Of a stretch of DNA of 64,000 nt, positions 55,802 through 64,000 are shown piece after piece. Under the pieces are notes generated by a model. It ran no database searches and was not told the origin of the DNA. It worked only from the letters and a program-made list of their open reading frames with translations. Position 1 is the stretch's first letter; each line of letters opens with the position of its first letter. Source of the stretch: an uncultured Desulfurococcaceae archaeon (GTDB lineage: Archaea; Thermoproteota; Thermoprotei_A; Sulfolobales; NBVN01); assembly GCA_964399035.1 (NCBI GenBank), contig CAYNPH010000034.1:3725-67724 (forward strand). The letters run 5' to 3'. Made by a program: the position numbers and the translations under genes.

Positions 55802-56953
55802 TTGAGAGCGGTAGTATTAGCTGGTGGGTCGGGTAAGGGGCTAATGCCCCTAACCGGCGGTAAACCCAAGGTACTGCTTAAGGTCTGCGGTGAGGCAGTG
55901 ATCGAGAGAGTGCTTAGGAACCTAGTTAACATCGGTGCAAAGAAAGTCACGCTAGTAACGGACAAGCCAGCAGAGTTCGAAGACATAACAGTGCGTTTCG
56001 GGAGACTCCTGGAGTTTGAGGTGCGAAAGCAGAGCTCGGGAGGGATAGTCGGCGCCATGCTGGAAGCCAAGGACGAGTTAAGTAACGGGGCGCTACTTGT
56101 GTATGGTGACACACTAGTAAGTGCTGAAGCGTACGAGATGACCTACGTAGCCGCGACCGAATACGGGGTCCCCACACTTATGGTGGTTCCTGAGGAAGAC
56201 GTGAGGTTCTACGGCGCGGTCTTCGTTAACAGTCGAGGGTTCATTAAGCGCTTTAAGGAAGCACCACTTGAGAGGGTAGAGGGAGCATACGCCTTCGGAG
56301 GTATCGCTGTCCTGAACAAGGAATTAGTGGATCTCATAGAGCGGGACGAGAGCATTGAATCCGCAATAAATGAGTACGTTGCGTCGGGAAGGGAGGTGAA
56401 GACTGCCTTATGGAGTGACTGGTGGGTCGACGTGGGTTACCCGATTAACCTCCTCGAGGCAATATACTACGTAATGATGGGTTGGAAGACCATGAAGGTA
56501 GCGTCATCCGCCAAGATAGCGTCAACAGCGGTAATTGAAGGGCCGGTGATAATCGAGGATAACGTCATGATAGATCACTACGCCGTCATAAGGGGGCCAG
56601 CATACATAGGTCGAGGCGCCCTCATAGGGGCACACACGTTCATCAGGCCCTACACGGACGTAGAGGCGGGGGCGGTGGTCAGCAGTTACAGCGAGGTTGT
56701 CTGGTCGTTAATCGGGGAGGGAGCGACCGTGGGTCGGGACACGTTCTTGGGATACAGCGTCGTTGGTGATGGCGCGACCGTCGGGCCCGGAACGCTGACG
56801 AAGTTAATTACGAAGCCCGAGGAAGTCGGTATCAAGGCAATAAAGGTCGTAAAGCGTAGAAAGGAATGGTACAAGATAGGGTGCACCGTACCTATAGGGT
56901 CTAAGGTACCCGAACTCTCCGTCCTTGAACCTGGCGAGATAGTTAAGGATTGA
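55802..56953 (+). CDS. Sugar-1-phosphate nucleotidylyltransferase with C-terminal left-handed beta-helix (GlmU-like, ST0452-type bifunctional enzyme)
   Basis: AVVLAGGSGKGLMPLTGGKPKVLL, then hexapeptide repeats (IGRGALIGAHTFIRPYTDVEAGAVV...). Lies directly after glmS. Confidence 0.8.
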   Translation: MRAVVLAGGSGKGLMPLTGGKPKVLLKVCGEAVIERVLRNLVNIGAKKVTLVTDKPAEFEDITVRFGRLLEFEVRKQSSGGIVGAMLEAKDELSNGALLVYGDTLVSAEAYEMTYVAATEYGVPTLMVVPEEDVRFYGAVFVNSRGFIKRFKEAPLERVEGAYAFGGIAVLNKELVDLIERDESIESAINEYVASGREVKTALWSDWWVDVGYPINLLEAIYYVMMGWKTMKVASSAKIASTAVIEGPVIIEDNVMIDHYAVIRGPAYIGRGALIGAHTFIRPYTDVEAGAVVSSYSEVVWSLIGEGATVGRDTFLGYSVVGDGATVGPGTLTKLITKPEEVGIKAIKVVKRRKEWYKIGCTVPIGSKVPELSVLEPGEIVKD

Positions 56954-56957
56954 AAAG

Positions 56958-56979
56958 AAAGAGTGCCTAAAGAGTGCCT
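56958..56979. repeat. Perfect tandem duplication of the 11-mer AAAGAGTGCCT
   Basis: 56958-56968 equals 56969-56979, followed by a degenerate third copy (TTGAGTGGCC). It lies in the 50-nt convergent spacer. Confidence 0.85.
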
Positions 56980-57003
56980 GTTGAGTGGCCAAGCAAAGCG
57001 ATT

Positions 57004-57612
57004 TCATTTCCCTAGCACGTTACAGAGCCTTATGGACTCGGCGAGCCTAGTTATCACCTCATCACTAGCCTCCACACCCAAGCTACTCAAGAACTCCCTG
57101 ATATTCTCTTCAGTCATCTCCAAACCCTTGGCAGGCATTAACTCCCTCACGAACTCACCCAACTCCCACGGAAAGAGAATCCACTTATCCGTCTCAACAA
57201 CAAGGTAGTCAGGCTTTATGATCGACCTTGGCTTATAATACAGAGCAGCTGTCCTCACCTCGGACGCGCCCCTCAGGCGAACCTGCTCACTTACCACCTC
57301 AAGCGTCCTTCCCGAGTCAACAACGTCATCCACGATGAGTACCTTCCGCCCCCGAATCTCGGTCGTTAGTGGCTGAGTTATGACGGGCCTCTCCGCCTGC
57401 TCCCCTATCCCCTTATAGAACTTAACTTCAACAACCCCTATGTCGCTTATCCCCAACGCGTCGGCAACTATCCTAGCAACTATGTAGCCGCCACGTAGCA
57501 CGCCAACAATTACATCGGGCATGTACCCGTCTTGAAGGGACATAGAAGCAAGTTTTAACGAACCTACGTGAATGTCCTCCCAAGTCGCTACCAGTAACTC
57601 CATCCTTCCCAC
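57004..57612 (-). CDS. Purine phosphoribosyltransferase (Hpt/Gpt-like, type I PRT)
   Basis: PRPP-binding loop VLIVDDVVDSGRTLE and N-terminal VGVLRGGYIVARIV. Confidence 0.8.
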   Translation of the reverse strand: MGRMELLVATWEDIHVGSLKLASMSLQDGYMPDVIVGVLRGGYIVARIVADALGISDIGVVEVKFYKGIGEQAERPVITQPLTTEIRGRKVLIVDDVVDSGRTLEVVSEQVRLRGASEVRTAALYYKPRSIIKPDYLVVETDKWILFPWELGEFVRELMPAKGLEMTEENIREFLSSLGVEASDEVITRLAESIRLCNVLGK

Positions 57613-57694
57613 ATTCTAGGATTACATCTGAGTTATAAACTTCTTCCCACACGGAGGGTAACGACTTAATTTCCCGACAGATGAAAAATTTAGG

Positions 57695-59083
57695 GTGGGT
57701 GTCACGAAGCGCAAGCTCTCGGAAATTCTAAGGGACATTAACTCGGTCGCGATTGTCGGGGCTTCCCCCAAGCCCGGTAAGGTCGGTAACACGGTTCTCC
57801 AAAACATACTTTCCTATGGATTCAAGGGGAAGATATACCCGGTGAATCCCAAGTACAGGGATATACTTGGCTTAAGGACGTACCCCTCATTGAAGGATCT
57901 GCCTGAGGTTCCCGATATCGCGGTGGTTGCCGTCCCGACAAAGGCGGTTCCCGCGGTAGTGGCGGAAGCTTCGGAAATCGGCGTGGGTCTCACAGTAATA
58001 ATAACGTCGGGGTTTAAGGAAGCCGGTAACGAGGAGGCTGAAAGGAAGTTAAGAGAGACGATGAACTCAACACAGCGAATGAGAGTTCTCGGGCCCAACT
58101 CAGCCGGCATCACTATCTCGACCGTCAAGCTCCACGCGAGCATTGAAGCCCCACCTACCCCTGGACGCGTGGGCTTAGCTATGCAGAGTGGAGCCATGGG
58201 CGGGGTGGTTATTTCCCGCCTCAAGGAACTCTCATCAGGCATTTCCTTCTTCATGAGCCTCGGAAACATGGCCGACGTTGAAATAAGTGACGTATTTGAG
58301 TACGCGCTTGAGGATGACGCGACCGACTCACTAATAGCTTACGTGGAGTGGGTACGTGACGGCAAGGCATTCCTGGAGAAAGGCTCGAGGCTAGCGGCCG
58401 TTAAACCCCTATGCATCCTCAAGGGAGGTAGGGGCGAAAGGAGTAGCGAGGCTGTGAGATCCCATACTGGCGGACTAGCAGGTAATTACGCGGTATTCAA
58501 GGAAGCGGTGCGTAAGATAGGCGCGTACCTAGCCGATGATGTATCAGACTTAGTCGAAGTTGAGGAGGTGCTAAGACGCGTAGGGCATCTCAACGGGTCA
58601 AGAGTACTAATAGTGACTAACTCTGGCGGGTTAGGCGTGGTGACAGCATCCCATGTTGAGGAGCACGGCTTGGACCTACCGCCAATACCTCAAAAGCTCG
58701 CTGAGGGCTTAACCCGGCAGGCCGGGAAGTCGTTCACAGGCAAAAACCCGATTGACTTCGGCGGCGACGCAAGTGCGGAGCAGGTAGCTAAAGCATTAAC
58801 GCTAAGCGACCTAAGTAAGTACTTCGACGTCGCGCTGTTTGTGTACGTACCTACAGCAGCTGAGGGGCCAGAGGAGATGGCTAAGGCGTTGAGGGAGCAT
58901 GTTGACGAGTTTTCTCTTCCCGTCATAGCGTACTTCGACGGCGAGGGAAGCCGTGAGGTTACCATGAAGGTTTCGAGCTCGCTTCCAGCGGTTACTTCAG
59001 CTAGAAATGCTGCTAGGGCCATATCGGCTTTAGTGGATAGGGGTAAACACCTCAGATTAAGGGTCACCCATAATAGTAGCTAG
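57695..59083 (+). CDS. ADP-forming acyl-CoA synthetase alpha subunit, second copy (ACS-II-like)
   Basis: SVAIVGASPKPGKVGN, GPNSAGI and HTGGLAG. GTG start. First gene of an operon with iorAB. Confidence 0.8.
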   Translation: MGVTKRKLSEILRDINSVAIVGASPKPGKVGNTVLQNILSYGFKGKIYPVNPKYRDILGLRTYPSLKDLPEVPDIAVVAVPTKAVPAVVAEASEIGVGLTVIITSGFKEAGNEEAERKLRETMNSTQRMRVLGPNSAGITISTVKLHASIEAPPTPGRVGLAMQSGAMGGVVISRLKELSSGISFFMSLGNMADVEISDVFEYALEDDATDSLIAYVEWVRDGKAFLEKGSRLAAVKPLCILKGGRGERSSEAVRSHTGGLAGNYAVFKEAVRKIGAYLADDVSDLVEVEEVLRRVGHLNGSRVLIVTNSGGLGVVTASHVEEHGLDLPPIPQKLAEGLTRQAGKSFTGKNPIDFGGDASAEQVAKALTLSDLSKYFDVALFVYVPTAAEGPEEMAKALREHVDEFSLPVIAYFDGEGSREVTMKVSSSLPAVTSARNAARAISALVDRGKHLRLRVTHNSS

Positions 59084-59096
59084 CGAATATCCTTTA

Positions 59097-61001
59097 GTGG
59101 CTCGGGTGGTGGGCTTGTCTGAAAGGATTAACCCCTTGAAGGCTCCCGCGGGAACTAGGTTAGCGCTCATGGGTAACGAAGCCATAGCCCGCGGAGCGGT
59201 TGAATCAGGTATTTACGTAGTTACGGGGTACCCAGGCACCCCCTCCAGCGAGGTCATCATGACGCTCCAGAGATTCGGTAAGGACCTAGACATGTATGTT
59301 GAGTGGGCGGTCAACGAGAAGGTTGCGTTCGAACTAGCACTAGGTGCCTCGATAGGCGGTGCAAGGTCCTTAGTCACCATGAAAGCGCCAGGCGTTAACA
59401 TAGCATCCGACCCGATACTCTCTGCGGCATACTGCGGTGTTGATGGAGCCCTAGTAATGCTTGTCGCGGATGATCCCGGCCCCATAACAACGCAAACAGA
59501 GCAGGACGACCGATGGTTTTCAAAACTCGCTAAACTACCGACGATAACACCCTCAAACCCGCAGGAAGCCAAAGACTACGTTAAGGTAGCAGTAATGCTA
59601 AGTGAGAAGCTCCAACTACCAGTAATCCTCAGAACAACGACGCGAGTCAACCACACAGTAGGTGACGTAGTGCTAGGCACTACAGAACCGCCTAGGAAGT
59701 TCAAGGGGTTCAAGAGAGACCCACCACGATTCGTGCGGGCTGGCATGAGATGGAACTTGGAGCGCCATAAGTGGCTAAACAGGCAGTTGGAGAAGGTTGA
59801 AGACGTCCTTAACGAGCTGGGGGTAAGCATTAACGAGGTACACGGTGATGGAGACATCTGCGTGGTCACGGAGGGGGTCACGTACAACTATGTTACCGAA
59901 GCCCTAAGCCTCCTAGGCGTGAAGGAAGGTGTGCGTGTCCTCAAGGTGGGGCAGCTCTATCCGCCTCCTGGGGAATTCCTAAAGAAAGGTTTACGCGGAT
60001 GCAGGAAGGCAGTGGTGGTCGAGGAACTTGATCCATACCTGGAGGAAACCGTGAAGGCGCTGCTCTACGATGAGGGTATCAGCGTGGAGATCCACGGTAA
60101 GCACAATTCGCTACTGCCTATGGAGGGAGAATTAAACGTACTCATGGTAGCTAAGGCGTTATCACGCGTGATTGGTATTCCGCTTCCTAAGGCCCTGCAG
60201 GTTAGCCGTGAAACCCCAGCACTGCCTCCAAGACCTCCACCACTGTGTCCTGGGTGCCCTCACCGTGCATCCTACGTCGCCATACTTAAAGGCATAAGTA
60301 AGGCGGGCTTTAGGAGGGACGAGGTACCGATATTCGGAGACATAGGATGTTACGCCTTAAGCGTCGAGCCGCCGTTGAACGCCATATGGACCGAGCACAG
60401 CATGGGTGCAAGCATAAGCATGGCGGCCGGCATGAAATTAGGGGGGAATGGCAAACCAGTAATCGCCACGATAGGTGATTCAACATTCTTCCACTCAGGA
60501 ATACCTGCCTTACTGGAGGCCGTGCACAAGAGGATCAACGTGCTCGTCATAATACTCGATAACACCGTGGTGGCGATGACGGGACATCAATCAACGCCGT
60601 CATGGAGTGTGACCGAGACAGGCAGGAAGGCTAAGCCCGTTTTACTGGAGGACGTCGTTAAGGCATTAGGCGTGGATAACTTAGCGGTAATTGATCCCTT
60701 CGACGTTGACGACATGGCTAACGTAGTGGCTCAGTACCTGAGGAAGCCAGGCGTGAACGTCATAGTAGCGCGCGCACCATGCGCCTTAATGAAGGTTAGG
60801 GCGGAGGGTGTTAAGGCGGTCTACAGGGTTGATCCCGAGGCATGCGTAGGGTGCATGGCATGCATCAGAGGCACTGGGTGCCCTGCAATGTACGTTGACG
60901 AGAACGGTAAGGCAGCCATCATCGAGGAGGACTGCACGGGTTGCGGGCTCTGCGCTTACTTCTGTCCGCGAGACGCGATAAAGGAGGTGAGGCACGGATG
61001 A
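59097..61001 (+). CDS. iorA: Indolepyruvate:ferredoxin oxidoreductase alpha subunit
   Basis: 634 aa. TPP-binding GDSTFFHSG...N, and a C-terminal 2x[4Fe-4S] domain CVGCMACIRGTGCP...CTGCGLCAYFCP. Confidence 0.93.
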   Translation: MARVVGLSERINPLKAPAGTRLALMGNEAIARGAVESGIYVVTGYPGTPSSEVIMTLQRFGKDLDMYVEWAVNEKVAFELALGASIGGARSLVTMKAPGVNIASDPILSAAYCGVDGALVMLVADDPGPITTQTEQDDRWFSKLAKLPTITPSNPQEAKDYVKVAVMLSEKLQLPVILRTTTRVNHTVGDVVLGTTEPPRKFKGFKRDPPRFVRAGMRWNLERHKWLNRQLEKVEDVLNELGVSINEVHGDGDICVVTEGVTYNYVTEALSLLGVKEGVRVLKVGQLYPPPGEFLKKGLRGCRKAVVVEELDPYLEETVKALLYDEGISVEIHGKHNSLLPMEGELNVLMVAKALSRVIGIPLPKALQVSRETPALPPRPPPLCPGCPHRASYVAILKGISKAGFRRDEVPIFGDIGCYALSVEPPLNAIWTEHSMGASISMAAGMKLGGNGKPVIATIGDSTFFHSGIPALLEAVHKRINVLVIILDNTVVAMTGHQSTPSWSVTETGRKAKPVLLEDVVKALGVDNLAVIDPFDVDDMANVVAQYLRKPGVNVIVARAPCALMKVRAEGVKAVYRVDPEACVGCMACIRGTGCPAMYVDENGKAAIIEEDCTGCGLCAYFCPRDAIKEVRHG

Positions 61002-61627
61002 GCAGGGAGATTAAGGGAATATTCAATATCCTCATAGCTTCGGTCGGAGGACAAGGCGGGTTAACGCTATCTAGGACAATAGCTATAGCCGCGGTTAATG
61101 AAGGTCTCTCCGTAAGAACCGGTGAGACCTTAGGGATGTCCCAAAGGTTCGGTTCCGTCACTAGCTTCGTGCGCATAGCTCCACAGAACGCCGTCATGTC
61201 CCCCACGTTTTCCGAGGGGATGGCGCACGTCATGATTGGACTTGAACTCACCGAGAGCGTCCGCAACCTACGCTACATGGGTGAAGGGGGCAGGATCCTA
61301 GTAGCCGACATCGTGAAGCCACCCATCACAGCAAGCATAGGTACGGCAAGAATGCCGGGCAAGGATGAATTAGTGAGTGCTTTAACCCGCGTTGACCCCA
61401 AAGCAGTAATAGTGTCTGCTAGGAAGATAGCCTACGAGGTAGGCAACCCGAGAGCAGCGAATATGGTTATGCTCGGCGTGTTCAACAGGGTATTCGGAAT
61501 TCTCAGCGATGACGCAGTAATTAATGCCATACTAACGCTCCTGTCTGGAAAGAAAGGGGAGACCTCAGTGGCGGCATATAAGGCGGGGGTCAAGTGGGCT
61601 GAGGAAAATAAGGTGGTGCAAGGCTAG
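60998..61627 (+). CDS. iorB: Indolepyruvate:ferredoxin oxidoreductase beta subunit
   Basis: The start was moved to ATG 60998 (ATGA overlap with the iorA stop). NILIASVGGQGGLTLSR is the typical N-terminus of the gamma/beta-type OFOR subunit. Confidence 0.9.
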   Translation: MSREIKGIFNILIASVGGQGGLTLSRTIAIAAVNEGLSVRTGETLGMSQRFGSVTSFVRIAPQNAVMSPTFSEGMAHVMIGLELTESVRNLRYMGEGGRILVADIVKPPITASIGTARMPGKDELVSALTRVDPKAVIVSARKIAYEVGNPRAANMVMLGVFNRVFGILSDDAVINAILTLLSGKKGETSVAAYKAGVKWAEENKVVQG

Positions 61628-61632
61628 CCACA

Positions 61633-62466
61633 GTGACTGCTAAAGCATACTACCCAGGCAGTAAGTACGTCCCTCTGAGTGTGTCAGGTACTATATGTCA
61701 CCTTTCATGCAAAGGATGTAACGCCGTGTACCTAAGGGGAATGATAGATGTTAGCGATCCGAGAAAGCTGAGGTCGGTGCTCAATGAGCTGTACAGGCAA
61801 GGCGTTAGGGGATATCTCCTAAGCGGGGGGTACAGCAGGGACGGGTACCTCCTGATAAGGAACGAGCACCTTAAGGTCGTCAAGAACTTCTTAAGAGATC
61901 ACGAAGCAGTTTTCTCCATACACCTAGGCCTAGCCCCCCGCGACCTACTTCATAGCGTTTGGTCTGCTGGCGTAGACGTTATTGATTTCGAGGTGCCTCC
62001 AAGCGATAGCTACCTGAAACACGTTAAGGGATTAGGGCACCATAGCGTTAACGACTACCTCGAGTTCGCTGCATATGTCCGCGACACCTACGGTAAGGAC
62101 TTCATAGCCCCGCACCTCATACTGGACTCAACATACGCAACGCCTGAGGAAGAACAAAGGACGATTAAGGCGATAGCGGAGCTAGACCCCTACGTGTTTG
62201 TGGCGTTGGTGGAGATTAGGGGAACAAGTAATGACGAGGGAAGGGTTAGGGACGCATTGAGGCTAGCGCGCACGAGTTTCAGGGAAGTCGCACTAGGGTG
62301 TATGAGGTCACCGAGGTTCAAAGCCCTAGACAAGGCATGGTTGCGTGAGGGTTTAGTGGATCGAATAGCCGTACCTAAGCCAGCGTTAGTTAGAGAGTAC
62401 GGTTTGCAAGTGATTAGAGCCTGTTGCTCGCTAAAACCTGTGTACGAACACCTATTCGTTTACTAA
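61633..62466 (+). CDS. Radical SAM protein (unassigned subfamily)
   Basis: CHLSCKGC (Cx3Cx2C) at residues 22-29, a YLLSGG SAM-binding-like motif, and three further Cys (GCMRS, RACCS). GTG start 5 nt after the iorB stop. Confidence 0.7.
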   Translation: MTAKAYYPGSKYVPLSVSGTICHLSCKGCNAVYLRGMIDVSDPRKLRSVLNELYRQGVRGYLLSGGYSRDGYLLIRNEHLKVVKNFLRDHEAVFSIHLGLAPRDLLHSVWSAGVDVIDFEVPPSDSYLKHVKGLGHHSVNDYLEFAAYVRDTYGKDFIAPHLILDSTYATPEEEQRTIKAIAELDPYVFVALVEIRGTSNDEGRVRDALRLARTSFREVALGCMRSPRFKALDKAWLREGLVDRIAVPKPALVREYGLQVIRACCSLKPVYEHLFVY

Positions 62467-63156
62467 CTACCTCTCCTCACAAAGCTCCTTGAGCAATGTG
62501 CTCAGCTCCGAGAGATCATTAATCACTATTAACCCGTCAAGATCTGGCGGGTCATCACCTCCCTTAAGGAACACTGGGTAACCAACGTAACGGAAGGCGC
62601 TCACGTCCCATGCGCTGTCCCCAACATACATGAACTCACTGAGCGGGACACCCGTAACCCTAGATATCCTCCTTAACACGTCCCCCTTACGAAGAGGGTT
62701 AACTACCTCCTCCCCACCCGGCATTAAGCAACCATTCTTATCGAACGTCAACCTATTCGCGAACGCCATGTCGATACCTAACTTCCTCGCAACGTACTCC
62801 GCGAGCACGTGCACCCCACCACTAACCACAGCCGTCATGATCCCGTAATTCCTAGCTAGTTCCACAACCTTCCTTGCTGAGTCCCTTATTGTGACCCTAC
62901 TTAGGAGAGCATCAAGGATTTCATCCCTAGTGATGCACCGCCTAGCAACGCGAATCATGGCTTCCGTGTCGCGCCTCATCCACTCCGAGTACGTTATCTC
63001 CCCGCGCTCGAACCGACGTGCGTCACCAGCTTCATCCACTACAGCTTTCGAACCGAAGTACTCGTGAAGTACGCTCCAGGAGGACTTCTCCGCTATGAGT
63101 ACGCCATCCATGTCGAATGCCAGGACACCTACTCTACTGCAGCGCCTCCTCCGCAA
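62467..63156 (-). CDS. HAD-superfamily hydrolase, phosphoserine-phosphatase-like
   Basis: VLAFDMDGVLI (motif I), VSGG (motif II) and YVGDSAWDVSAF (motif IV). An alternative GTG start at 63132 would shrink the overlap with the upstream gene. Confidence 0.75.
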   Translation of the reverse strand: MRRRRCSRVGVLAFDMDGVLIAEKSSWSVLHEYFGSKAVVDEAGDARRFERGEITYSEWMRRDTEAMIRVARRCITRDEILDALLSRVTIRDSARKVVELARNYGIMTAVVSGGVHVLAEYVARKLGIDMAFANRLTFDKNGCLMPGGEEVVNPLRKGDVLRRISRVTGVPLSEFMYVGDSAWDVSAFRYVGYPVFLKGGDDPPDLDGLIVINDLSELSTLLKELCEER

Positions 63157-63455
63157 ACCCTGCTTACCTCCCCAGCAAGCTTTACGGCTAGGTTAACTAA
63201 GGTTTCTCTCGAAACACCATATAGTCCCGAAGTCTCCGCCACATCCTTAAGGAACTCCCTCCACTCAACAATCACTGCCCTAGCGCCTGCTAAGCCCTGT
63301 AGCGCTTCCTCTAAAGCCTCAGGATTCACAGCAAAGAAGTCGCCGAGCGCCTCAGCGGACTTAATAATGCATTTCTCATCAAGTACTAACCTTATCGTTA
63401 TAACCTTCTCACCTTTCCTCTTAGCTGACGCCTCAACAACCCTCACAGCACTCAC
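63129..63455 (-). CDS. lplB: Lipoate-protein ligase C-terminal accessory domain as a separate protein (LplB-like)
   Basis: IIKSAEALGDFFAVNPEALEEALQGLAG resembles the Lip_prot_lig_C signature (GDFF...L.G). Lies immediately downstream (1-nt gap) of the catalytic-domain gene. Confidence 0.65.
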   Translation of the reverse strand: MSAVRVVEASAKRKGEKVITIRLVLDEKCIIKSAEALGDFFAVNPEALEEALQGLAGARAVIVEWREFLKDVAETSGLYGVSRETLVNLAVKLAGEVSRVCGGGAAVE

Positions 63456-63456
63456 C

Positions 63457-64000
63457 TCACGGCCTAAGAGCTGTCCACTCCCGCGACCTATACTTCCATT
63501 CTAAACTCTTCGCAAGTTCTAACTCGGCAGGAGAGTACCTACCCCGCACGAACTCAACGTCAAGTGCCTCCGCAAAACCCTTGATTAGGGCTTCGATGGC
63601 CTCCTCCTTGCTGACGCGTCTGCCAACACATTCAGAAACCGTTATTACTCGTTTCCTTATCGCTGATGCACCCCCGTACTTAACCCCGGGGACACGTAAG
63701 GAATTAGCTAACGTGTCAGCGTCTGTGGCGTACATAAATGTTCCATGCTGGAGAAGAGCCCCGAGCTTACGGGCCTGCGCACTCCCCGAAAGCTTACGGC
63801 CACGTGCAACAACGTCGTTTAGTGGGGCGAAACTAGCTTCACAACCCAAATACCTAGCCGCACGCACGACACCCTCACAAATAAGCCTGAAGGACTCCAA
63901 GTAATCCTCCGGAACCGAATTAGCGCTAAGGACGACAGCGTACGTCACCTCACCTAACGAGTCATGATACACGGATCCACCGCCACTGACGCGCCTCACG
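63457..64000 (-). CDS. lplA: Lipoate-protein ligase A catalytic domain (LplA); the N-terminus lies outside the window
   Basis: RRVSGGGSVYHD and GRKLSGSAQARK (catalytic Lys context). The ORF is open to the window edge. Confidence 0.85.
   Translation of the reverse strand, partial: VRRVSGGGSVYHDSLGEVTYAVVLSANSVPEDYLESFRLICEGVVRAARYLGCEASFAPLNDVVARGRKLSGSAQARKLGALLQHGTFMYATDADTLANSLRVPGVKYGGASAIRKRVITVSECVGRRVSKEEAIEALIKGFAEALDVEFVRGRYSPAELELAKSLEWKYRSREWTALRP

Noticed and set aside
60941-60997. Upstream ATG 60941 as the iorB start
   Set aside because: It would overlap iorA by 61 nt with an Arg/Leu-rich extension. ATG 60998 forms the classic ATGA stop/start overlap and gives the canonical N-terminus.
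1-64000. Scanned for mobile elements, integrases, transposases, rRNA and tRNA genes
   Set aside because: No ORF has integrase or transposase hallmarks. The non-coding gaps are at most ~310 nt, and none shows tRNA- or rRNA-like sequence. The compositional dips (10.4-11.4 kb and 32-34 kb) lack flanking repeats.

Overview
This is a dense (~90% coding), mostly housekeeping chromosomal segment from a crenarchaeon. The gene content suggests a Thermoproteales-like thermophile, but that is inference only. Supporting genes are aEF-2, H+-pyrophosphatase, pyruvate phosphate dikinase, short XPF, Hel308 and split LplA/LplB, along with AT-rich TATA boxes 30-45 nt upstream of many starts.

The window opens inside the archaeal exosome superoperon: rrp41(partial)-rrp42-rpl37ae-Brix-pcc1, then pfdB, a DUF3194-like ORF, a DHH phosphoesterase and XPF. 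It continues through:
- EF-2, a GNAT, an HDAC-family enzyme, an epimerase and a degenerate DHH-like protein;
- hppA, a CobA-type adenosyltransferase, an M28 peptidase and ahcY;
- a C-N hydrolase, a PMT-like glycosyltransferase, ppdK, and divergent lrp/glnA;
- a thiolase/DUF35 module preceded by a degenerate HMG-CoA-synthase-like gene;
- Moco and Fe-S helper genes, pheS/pheT and hel308;
- a B12-radical SAM gene, a stand-alone Cas4-like nuclease, a PHP phosphoesterase and two ADP-forming acyl-CoA synthetase alpha subunits;
- moeA, surE, a stand-alone nurA-herA pair and glmS plus a glmU-like gene;
- an iorAB operon with a trailing radical SAM gene, and a split lipoate-protein ligase that runs off the 3' edge.

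I saw no rRNA, tRNA, CRISPR array, integrase or transposase.

The most interesting unexplained items are:
1. two translationally coupled paralogous Zn-ribbon/TM-anchored proteins of unknown function (45892-47911), which head a co-directional string with ACD-alpha, PHP and Cas4-like genes;
2. the isolated nurA-herA pair;
3. a catalytically degenerate HMGCS-like gene in the thiolase/DUF35 operon;
4. a ~170-aa Glu/Lys tail on Rrp42;
5. a DUF3194-like ORF with no canonical start codon;
6. a radical SAM gene wedged between iorAB and the lipoate ligase genes;
7. a few candidate structured or regulatory non-coding elements.

All family assignments come from motif recognition by eye. No searches were run.
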